Below, piece after piece: positions 39,959 to 47,561 of a stretch of 64,000 nucleotides of DNA. Source of the stretch: Bacteriovoracaceae bacterium (GTDB lineage Bacteria; Bdellovibrionota; Bacteriovoracia; Bacteriovoracales; Bacteriovoracaceae); assembly GCA_048270185.1 (NCBI GenBank), contig JBLWTJ010000001.1, positions 704,001-768,000 of the forward strand, in the 5' to 3' direction. A program made the translations under genes and the position numbers. Position 1 is the first letter of the stretch. Each line of letters begins with the position of its first letter. The notes under the pieces were generated by a model. The model saw only the letters and a list, made by a program, of their open reading frames with translations. It searched no databases and had not been told where the DNA came from.

Positions 39959-40822
39959 ATGAATATAAAAAGTGTACTAGTCATCGGTGCGGGAACCATG
40001 GGGCGAGGAATCGCTCAATGGTTCTCACAACACGGTGTTAGAGTTGAGCTTGTTGATCAACATCTTGAAATGGCCCAGGCCAGTGGTGATCTGATTTATA
40101 GCTCTTGGGATAAATTAGCGAGTAAGGGAAAATTTGATGCGCAAGAGATTGCGGCTTTCAAAAAGAACTTAAATATCGTCGAGATGGAAAAACATCAAAT
40201 TGATCACGACCTCGTGATTGAGGCCATTGTTGAAAATCTTGAAATTAAGAAGAAAGTCTTTGCTCGTCTTGATGAGATAATGAGCAAGGAGACAATCCTA
40301 AGTTCAAACACTTCTTCAATCCCGATTACAAAGATGGCAAAAGATCTTTCAAAAGATCGTCGTGAAAGCTTTCTTGGACTGCACTTCTTTAATCCAGCAA
40401 CAATTATGAAGCTTGTTGAGATTATTGAAACACCATGGAGTAAGAAAGAGACGGCCCATGCACTTTATGATTGGTTTGAGCGCTTTGGAAAGAAGCCGGC
40501 CCTTTGTAAGGACTCTCCTGGTTTTATCGTTAACCGCGTGGCCAGAAATTACTACGGTGAATCTTTGCACCGCCTAGAAAATTATAATCATGAACAAATT
40601 TCAGAAATCGATCGTGTCATGACAAATGTTGGTGGATTTCGCATGGGACCATTTGAATTAATGGACCTTATTGGAATTGACGTCAACTACGATGTGACTC
40701 AATCAGTTTGGAATGCTTACTATAATGAGCCACGCTTTAGACCTCACAAGATTCAACGAGAAATGGTTGATAGCGGTCGTATTGGCCGCAAAGTAAAAGA
40801 GGGGTTCTACCGTTATGAATAA
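39959..40822 (+). CDS. paaH: 3-hydroxyacyl-CoA dehydrogenase (PaaH N-terminal part)
   Basis: GAGTMGRGIA, EAIVENL, SNTSS, GLHFFNPA, GFIVNR, GPFELMDLIG. Confidence 0.82.
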   Translation: MNIKSVLVIGAGTMGRGIAQWFSQHGVRVELVDQHLEMAQASGDLIYSSWDKLASKGKFDAQEIAAFKKNLNIVEMEKHQIDHDLVIEAIVENLEIKKKVFARLDEIMSKETILSSNTSSIPITKMAKDLSKDRRESFLGLHFFNPATIMKLVEIIETPWSKKETAHALYDWFERFGKKPALCKDSPGFIVNRVARNYYGESLHRLENYNHEQISEIDRVMTNVGGFRMGPFELMDLIGIDVNYDVTQSVWNAYYNEPRFRPHKIQREMVDSGRIGRKVKEGFYRYE

Positions 40823-41474
40823 GACAATCTTAATTAGTGAAAACCATCCTCTTTTAAAAAACGTTCAAGGTAGTGACTTCCCTTCTATTGTTGTTGATCC
40901 ATTTAGCATCAATACTCTTGATGGAGTGGACTTTGATGAAACTGATCTATTAATTGATCTAACTTCATTTGATCGCAACTCAAAGATGGATCTTTATGAG
41001 CATCTTGATCAAGTCTATGAGGGGCCAATTGTTTCAGACCTTTCAATTAACTGGGGTGAATACCTAGTCTCACAATATGAAAATGTTGTTGGTGCCGTAG
41101 CAGCTGCCTTCTACTCACCAAAGAGTTGTTTTGAACTCTACTTAAAAGACGACACTTTTGAGCAAGCAATTTTTGAGGTCTTTAAGAAACTAGGTTTTGA
41201 TCTTGAATTAGTTGAGCACGTTGGCATTGGATTTACTTACCCACGTGTAATTTCTCAAATTATTAATGAAGCGTACTTTGCTAAAGAAGAAAAACTAGCA
41301 AGTAATGCTGATATTGATAAGGCCATGATGTTTGGGGTGAACTATCCTTTAGGTCCATTTGAATGGGCGCAAAAAATCGGCCTTGAAAAAATCATTATGC
41401 TTCTTGAAGAACTTCGAGAAGTAACAGGAGATGCACGTTACCGTCCATCTCGCCTACTAAGGATGAATTTATGA
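40815..41474 (+). CDS. 3-hydroxyacyl-CoA dehydrogenase C-terminal-domain protein (PaaH second half)
   Basis: RVISQIINEA, DIDKAMMFGVNYPLGPFEW, RYRPSRLL; no NAD-binding GxGxxG. Confidence 0.78.
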   Translation: MNKTILISENHPLLKNVQGSDFPSIVVDPFSINTLDGVDFDETDLLIDLTSFDRNSKMDLYEHLDQVYEGPIVSDLSINWGEYLVSQYENVVGAVAAAFYSPKSCFELYLKDDTFEQAIFEVFKKLGFDLELVEHVGIGFTYPRVISQIINEAYFAKEEKLASNADIDKAMMFGVNYPLGPFEWAQKIGLEKIIMLLEELREVTGDARYRPSRLLRMNL

Positions 41475-42682
41475 GCTTAACTTTTAAAGATGCCTATATT
41501 GTTTATGCTAAGAGAACACCAATTGGTAAATTAGGTGGTTCAATGTCTCACCTTCGCGTCGATGACATGATGGCAACTCTTCTGCGCGACTTCTCTCAAA
41601 ACTTTGACTTTGATATGAAAGAAATCGACGATGTGATTGTTGGTTGCGCCAATCAGGCCGGAGAAGATAACAGAAACCTTGCCCGTATGGCGGCCTTATT
41701 AGCAGGTCTTCCATACGAAGTCCCAGGGGTTACACTTAACCGCCTCTGTGCTTCTTCACTAGATGCCATTATCGATGGTTGGTCACGAATCAACTTAGGA
41801 GTCGCCGATTGTCTTTTAATCGGTGGAGCAGAGAGTATGACTCGCGCGCCACTGGTTATTTCAAAAGGCTCAACTCCATTTGGCCGTGACTCACAAATGT
41901 TTGATACGACTTTTGGTTGGCGTTTTCCAAATAAGAAGATGGAAGAAATGTTTCCACTTCTTGGTATGGGACAAACGGCAGAAGAAGTTGTGACTAAACT
42001 TGGTATCTCTCGTGAAGACCAAGATCAATTCGCACTTAACTCTCACCTTAAGTCATGTGCGGCATGGGAGAAGGGAGAATTTAATGACGAGGTTCTACCG
42101 GTTGAAATTAAACTTAGAAAAGAAACCCTAAATATCACACGTGATGAAGGGCCACGTGCTAACTCAAGCCTAGAAGCTCTTAGTGGACTTCGCCCTGTCT
42201 TTAAAAAAGACGGAAGTGTGACAGCAGGTAACTCATCAATGATGAATGATGGAGCCGCTTGCGTTGCTCTTGTTAGTGAAGACTTCTTAAAGCGTCATAA
42301 CCTAACTCCTCTAGTAAAGCTTACAGGAGCTGGTGTGCGCGGAATTCACCCAAGTATTATGGGACTTGGTCCAGTTGAATCGACAAAGAGACTCATGGAG
42401 AAATTTGGTAAGAAGATCACAGATTTTGATGTGGTTGAACTTAACGAGGCCTTCGCTTCTCAGTCCCTTGGTTGTATGCGTGAGCTTGGAATTGATGATT
42501 CAAAAGTAAATCTTAGAGGTGGCGCCATCTCTCTTGGTCACCCTCTTGGTGGTTCAGGAGCAAGAATTGTGACGACTCTGACTCATATTATGAAAGATAA
42601 TGCCAACCTTAAGCAAGGTCTTGCTTCAATGTGTGTTGGTGTTGGTCAAGGTGTCTCACTTTCAGTAGAAAATTGTAAATAG
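41471..42682 (+). CDS. paaJ: Beta-ketoadipyl-CoA-type thiolase
   Basis: GCANQAGEDNRN, NRLCASS, NEAFA, GHPLG, MCVGVGQG. Confidence 0.85.
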   Translation: MSLTFKDAYIVYAKRTPIGKLGGSMSHLRVDDMMATLLRDFSQNFDFDMKEIDDVIVGCANQAGEDNRNLARMAALLAGLPYEVPGVTLNRLCASSLDAIIDGWSRINLGVADCLLIGGAESMTRAPLVISKGSTPFGRDSQMFDTTFGWRFPNKKMEEMFPLLGMGQTAEEVVTKLGISREDQDQFALNSHLKSCAAWEKGEFNDEVLPVEIKLRKETLNITRDEGPRANSSLEALSGLRPVFKKDGSVTAGNSSMMNDGAACVALVSEDFLKRHNLTPLVKLTGAGVRGIHPSIMGLGPVESTKRLMEKFGKKITDFDVVELNEAFASQSLGCMRELGIDDSKVNLRGGAISLGHPLGGSGARIVTTLTHIMKDNANLKQGLASMCVGVGQGVSLSVENCK

Positions 42683-42691
42683 GAGAATAAA

Positions 42692-44182
42692 ATGGAAGAA
42701 ATTAAATTATACATAAACGGAGAAATCCGCCCTTCTTCAACTGGTGAAATGGTTGATTCAATCGACCCATCTAATGGGGAGCTAGTTGCCAAGGTTCATA
42801 TTCCAAGTGAAGCGGATCTTGAAGAAGCGGTACAAGCGGCCAAGTCTGCTTTCTATAGTAAAGAGTGGCGTGATTTCACACCGGCCAAACGCTCAGAGAT
42901 CTTACTAAAAATTTCGGAGCTTCTTAAAGAAAGAAAGCGCGACTTCATCACACAAGAAATTAAAGATAGTGGCTCAACTTTTAGAAAAGCAGCTGCTGAT
43001 ATTCACAACTCAATTAGCTTCTTTAAAGTAATGAGTAAGGTAACGGCTAAATTTAATTTTGAAGCCGTTGATGAAGCTGCAACACGTGCAGGCTTTTCAA
43101 AGAATACTCGTCGTTATGAACCAGTTGGTGTTTGTGCTCAAATTATCCCATGGAACCTACCTCTTCAGATGGCAGCATGGAAGATCGGGCCGATTCTTGC
43201 AACGGGTTGTACAACAGTTCTAAAATCTGCTGTAGAAACTCCTGTGACAGCAATGATGCTTGCTCAAGTCTTAATCGATGCTGGAGTACCTAAGGGTGTT
43301 GTTAATATCGTAACAGGTGGAGCAAAAGAAGGGGCCTACCTTGTTAATCACAAGGATATTTCAAAAGTGGCCTTCACTGGATCAACGGCCGTTGGGCGTG
43401 AGATTCAAAAGCAATCTTCTCAAACTCTAAAGAATACAACAATGGAGCTTGGTGGAAAATCTGCCAATATCATCCTAGATGATGCTGATCTTGATATCGC
43501 TGTTGATGGATCACTCTTTGCCTTCCTTTATCACTCAGGTCAAGCTTGTACATCGGGTACTCGCCTACTTGTTCAAGAAGGAATCTATGATGAGTTTATG
43601 ACAAAATTCAAAGAGCGTATTGCTCAGGTTCCACTAGGGCCTACGGCCGAGAAGACAACAGGACTTGGGCCAGTTGTTAGTGAGAAGCAATTTAATACTG
43701 TTATGAATTATATCAATAAAACGAAAGAAGAAGGTGCAACTCTTATCGCAGGTGGTGAAAGAGCGACAGATAATGGACTTGATAAGGGATTCTACGTAAA
43801 GCCTACGGCCTTTGAAATCACGCCTGATAATACAATTTGGCATGAAGAAATCTTCGGCCCGGTTGTTGGGATCACAAAGTTTAAAACTGAAGAAGATGCC
43901 ATTGCCATGGCCAATAATTCAATCTACGGACTAGCAGGAGCTGTTTGGTCAAAGAATGAAGAACGCGCCCTAAATCTTGCTAAAGATATTGAAGCTGGAA
44001 CTGTGTGGATTAACGAATACCACCTACTAAACCCAGGAATGCCTTTTGGTGGTTTCAAGCAATCAGGAATTGGACGTGAAATGGGTGAAGAAGGAATCAA
44101 GGCCTACCTTGAAGTGAAACACCTATGGGAATCAGACTGCAATACTCGTGAAGGGAAAATGTGGTTTGATGCTATTTTCTAA
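42692..44182 (+). CDS. NAD(P)-dependent aldehyde dehydrogenase (no MaoC domain)
   Basis: IIPWNLP, FTGSTAVG, ELGGKS, GQACTSG, EEIFGPV, PFGGFKQSG. Confidence 0.9.
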   Translation: MEEIKLYINGEIRPSSTGEMVDSIDPSNGELVAKVHIPSEADLEEAVQAAKSAFYSKEWRDFTPAKRSEILLKISELLKERKRDFITQEIKDSGSTFRKAAADIHNSISFFKVMSKVTAKFNFEAVDEAATRAGFSKNTRRYEPVGVCAQIIPWNLPLQMAAWKIGPILATGCTTVLKSAVETPVTAMMLAQVLIDAGVPKGVVNIVTGGAKEGAYLVNHKDISKVAFTGSTAVGREIQKQSSQTLKNTTMELGGKSANIILDDADLDIAVDGSLFAFLYHSGQACTSGTRLLVQEGIYDEFMTKFKERIAQVPLGPTAEKTTGLGPVVSEKQFNTVMNYINKTKEEGATLIAGGERATDNGLDKGFYVKPTAFEITPDNTIWHEEIFGPVVGITKFKTEEDAIAMANNSIYGLAGAVWSKNEERALNLAKDIEAGTVWINEYHLLNPGMPFGGFKQSGIGREMGEEGIKAYLEVKHLWESDCNTREGKMWFDAIF

Positions 44183-44196
44183 AAACTAAGTAAAAG

Positions 44197-44228
44197 AAAA
44201 GCCTTCGAAAGAAGGCTTTTTTATTTTT
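44197..44228. terminator. Bidirectional intrinsic terminator
   Basis: AAAAGCCTTC-GAAA-GAAGGCTTTT with T run, between convergent genes. Confidence 0.85.
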
Positions 44229-45422
44229 CTAGAATTTCTTATAAAGAACATTTAATGCGACATTGCCGTAATCATCGTAGATCGTAAATGTACGGCCCTG
44301 GTTCGTTGTCCCAAATTTAACTTCAACAAATGTATCACTACAATTAATCGCTGAAGTTCCGTAGTAGAACTCATATGTCGGGCGAATGCTTGGAGTGAAT
44401 TTACAGATTTTAATAATTGGGCGGCCGTAGTAATTGAACTCATACTCAAGAGCGTAGAATTCACGGTATTGATAGCTTCCGTCATTAAGTGCTGATAAGC
44501 GAGAAAAGACGTGCGAAATATTGCGACTTGAAGAAAATCTAAAGAGCCCGCTTAACTCTTGGCTGAAGTCTGAAGTCCCAGGCCTAAAAACTGGAGTATC
44601 ACAGTAACTGGTTTCATCATACGAGATATTGTGCATATTAAATTTCTTAAGTGCACATTTAATTGGTGTTGCAAGTGTTAGCGTTGAACCCTTGCGGCCA
44701 CGCATGAAACGACGGAAAGTAATATCCTCTGTAATCTCATCGTGAACAAGCCCTAGAACATCCCCACTAATTGAATCAACCACCACTGCACCATGGGAGA
44801 TATTTCTGATATTACAATTTGTCATAGCAACAACTGATGCATCGTCGTTATTTGTTGGAAATAAGATATTATTACGAGTACGACGACAATTGTAGCGCGT
44901 ATGCTCAAGAGTATAACCCGTGTTATCGTGCTTTTTGGCGACATACCAAAGGCGGTAGTAATTATACTCAGTCATTCTTGCATCAGAGATTGGAGCAAAA
45001 TCTCCATCAATCCCATCTTCTAATTCAACAACTGAGAACTCACCATTATAAGCTTCGGCAGCACGACTATCACTTTCCAATTGCTTGATATTGGCGCACT
45101 TAACAACCTTACCACCTACAGTCTTCGCAGCAATAGTAGAACAAGTAGCCGCTTCAAGACAATTTGACGGCACAACCATCTCAGTCGAGCTGGCCATATA
45201 TCCCGTACAATACTTAGGAAAGTCACCAGCACTATTAATGGCAAGGACAAATGAATTTGTACACTCAGCTTCATCCGCACAATCAAATTTGACATTCGTC
45301 GATGTCTCTAACTTTGATACAATTCTCTTGATTGGACCTGAAGCATTATCTCCTTCAGGGGCACCACAAGAAATCATCAAAGCAGAAAAAAGAATGAGTG
45401 TTGTTATTCTTGCTAAAAGCAA
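44229..45422 (-). CDS. Lipoprotein with degenerate trypsin-like fold
   Basis: Lipobox MISC; CTGYM.....VVPSNC and C...ISHG.VV...G.VLGLVH echo S1 protease motifs; TTG start with AGGAG. Confidence 0.6.
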   Translation of the reverse strand: MLLARITTLILFSALMISCGAPEGDNASGPIKRIVSKLETSTNVKFDCADEAECTNSFVLAINSAGDFPKYCTGYMASSTEMVVPSNCLEAATCSTIAAKTVGGKVVKCANIKQLESDSRAAEAYNGEFSVVELEDGIDGDFAPISDARMTEYNYYRLWYVAKKHDNTGYTLEHTRYNCRRTRNNILFPTNNDDASVVAMTNCNIRNISHGAVVVDSISGDVLGLVHDEITEDITFRRFMRGRKGSTLTLATPIKCALKKFNMHNISYDETSYCDTPVFRPGTSDFSQELSGLFRFSSSRNISHVFSRLSALNDGSYQYREFYALEYEFNYYGRPIIKICKFTPSIRPTYEFYYGTSAINCSDTFVEVKFGTTNQGRTFTIYDDYGNVALNVLYKKF

Positions 45423-45575
45423 ATTCTCTCTCCTAAACTGACTCTAATAATAAAGAAAGTTCATTTAAGTAGATTTCTACCATATTTAATTCTTGGTAAT
45501 ATCTTATTGTAAAATGTTCAAGAAACCTCGACACACCTTGCCAAAATCGACGATTTTAACCTATTCTTGTTAAAT

Positions 45576-45983
45576 ATGATCGTCGTTAGTGCGTGTTTGG
45601 CCGGAAAAAAGTGTCGTTATGACGGCCAGCACAAAGAAATATCTGATATTACAAGACTTGTCCTTGAAGGCAAGGCCGTCCCCGTATGCCCTGAAGAGCT
45701 AGGTGGACTCCCAACTCCAAGACCTCCTGCTGAAAATGTCGATGGCAAACTCATCACCGTTGAAGGAAATGATGTGACTCTGGCCTATAAGACAGGGGCC
45801 CAAGAAGCTTTAAAGATTGCTAGGGAGTATGGCTGTGATCAGGCCATCCTAAAATCCAAATCACCCATGTGTGGAGCTGGCCTCGTCTACGATGGTAGCT
45901 TTTCAGGCAAGCTTATTGAAGGTGACGGCGAATTTACAAAATTACTTAAGCAGCATGGCGTTCAAGTTATCGCAAAAGATTAA
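45576..45983 (+). CDS. DUF523/YbbK family (2-thiouracil desulfurase-like) Fe-S protein
   Basis: VSACLAG..CRYDG, CPEELGGLPTPR, LKSKSPMCG. Confidence 0.88.
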   Translation: MIVVSACLAGKKCRYDGQHKEISDITRLVLEGKAVPVCPEELGGLPTPRPPAENVDGKLITVEGNDVTLAYKTGAQEALKIAREYGCDQAILKSKSPMCGAGLVYDGSFSGKLIEGDGEFTKLLKQHGVQVIAKD

Positions 45984-46078
45984 TCCAAAGATTTCACACC
46001 TATTACATATGCGTAACTAAAAATACTGACCTTCATATATGATAAAGGCACAAGCAATGAAAACAAGGAGCCTTTCAT

Positions 46079-46423
46079 ATGAACCCATTAGAGACAAAGA
46101 AATTTCAAGCACGAAACCTGCAAGGTCGTATGAAACACTTAAGCAATCAACTTGAATACCTAAAAACCCACCCTGAAGAATGGCCAACATTTAAAGATAT
46201 AATGAATATGAAATTTGACCACCTCATCAGTGACTCCATTGGACTTGGAAGTATTGAAGCGGCCAATTACCTGGCCCTACTTCAAAATCAACTAAATAAG
46301 GACTTTAATATGGATGTCATTTCCATCGTTAAGGATCAATTTGATGAAGTTCTTGAAGCGCTGGATAGCCTTGGAGTTGAATTACTTATCAATGATTTTG
46401 ATACGCCAGAATTTGCGCATTAA
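46079..46423 (+). CDS. Hypothetical protein
   Basis: 114-aa ORF with AAGGAG RBS, followed by a hairpin. Confidence 0.6.
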   Translation: MNPLETKKFQARNLQGRMKHLSNQLEYLKTHPEEWPTFKDIMNMKFDHLISDSIGLGSIEAANYLALLQNQLNKDFNMDVISIVKDQFDEVLEALDSLGVELLINDFDTPEFAH

Positions 46424-46447
46424 AACCAATACCCCTAAAAGCAAGAT

Positions 46448-46474
46448 GCCCCGCATTCGCGGGGCTTTCCTTTT
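46448..46474. terminator. Intrinsic terminator between convergent genes
   Basis: GCCCCGC-ATTC-GCGGGGC followed by TTTCCTTTT. Confidence 0.75.
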
Positions 46475-46497
46475 GCAGTATTTGTGTGTGGTTATAA

Positions 46498-47331
46498 TTA
46501 ACCAATTAATTTAAGGGCCGCTGCACCTTGAGCATTCGACTGAGCAAGAACTGAAGAACCAGCATTAACAAGAATGTCGTTCTTAGCTTTCTTAGCAGTC
46601 TCAGCAGCGTAGTCAGTGTCTCTGATACGTGAGTTAGCAGAGCTTAAGTTTTCAGAACTGATCTGTAGGTTGTTAATTGTAGAGTTTAGTCTATTTTGCT
46701 TAGCACCTAGTTCAGCTCTTTGACCTGCGATATTTTCAATAGCAGAGTCAAGGTTAGCAAGAGCGTTTTGAGCACCTTCTTTAGAAGCTACTTGAAGATC
46801 TGCTACACCTAATGCCTCAAGACCAGAACTTAGTACGTTTGTATCGAACTGAATTCTATCTTGGAAGTCATCATTATTAATACCGATTTGGATATCAAAC
46901 TTTTCACCAGATCCAGTAAGAAGTTTCTTACCGTTGAACTCAGTAACTTCTGAAATTCTTTGGATCTCTTGCTTAAGGTTTTGATACTCAAGATCAGTAA
47001 ATCCACGTTCAGTATCACCTACTGTGTCTGAAGCTGATTGGATTGATAGTTCTCTTAGTCTTACTAAGATGTTTGATACTTCGTTCAGACCACCTTCTGC
47101 AATCTGAATCATTGAAATACCGTCATTAGCGTTTCTTTCTGCTTGGTTTGTCGATCTAATTTGAGACTTTAACTTCTCAGAAATTGCTAAACCTGCAGCA
47201 TCGTCTGCTGAACGTACAATTCTTGTACCAGATGAAAGCTTTTCTAAAGATTTAGTTTGTGCTTGATTACTTAGACCTAACGACCTTTGTGCTGAAAGTG
47301 ACGTTACATTTGTGTTAATACGCATACCCAT
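46498..47331 (-). CDS. fliC: Flagellin (short, 277 aa)
   Basis: RINTNV, LSSGTRI..ADDAAGLAISE, QRAELGAKQNRL, SRIRDTDYA. Confidence 0.95.
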   Translation of the reverse strand: MGMRINTNVTSLSAQRSLGLSNQAQTKSLEKLSSGTRIVRSADDAAGLAISEKLKSQIRSTNQAERNANDGISMIQIAEGGLNEVSNILVRLRELSIQSASDTVGDTERGFTDLEYQNLKQEIQRISEVTEFNGKKLLTGSGEKFDIQIGINNDDFQDRIQFDTNVLSSGLEALGVADLQVASKEGAQNALANLDSAIENIAGQRAELGAKQNRLNSTINNLQISSENLSSANSRIRDTDYAAETAKKAKNDILVNAGSSVLAQSNAQGAAALKLIG

Positions 47332-47456
47332 TGTGATACCTCCGTGATCTATTTCCCCCCCGTACTCAGGGTTGTCCCGACCATTGGAACAATGAGCATA
47401 CTGCTCTTGTGAATTTTATTAAAAAATTAATTAAGTCTTCTGACCTAACATAAACC

Positions 47457-47483
47457 TTCTCGGAGGCCAAAAATAAAGCTTGA
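47457..47483 (-). promoter_or_regulatory. Sigma28-type promoter of flagellin
   Basis: Minus strand TCAA-N15-TCCGAGAA, about 125 nt upstream of the ATG. Confidence 0.65.
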
Positions 47484-47527
47484 GGATTTTTTTAAATTAT
47501 TTTTTTATTTTTTTCATTATTTGTTCA

Positions 47528-47554
47528 TAAATAAAATTAGTAAGTAACCGATAA
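47528..47554 (+). promoter_or_regulatory. Sigma28-type promoter, probably giving a leaderless mRNA
   Basis: TAAA-N15-ACCGATAA, then 7 nt to ATG 47562, no SD. Confidence 0.68.
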
Positions 47555-47561
47555 TTGAAGC

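Noticed and set aside
47332..47450. c-di-GMP riboswitch in the flagellin leader
   Set aside because: I could not find the GEMM-I GGCAAA/GNRA-receptor pattern; only generic hairpins.
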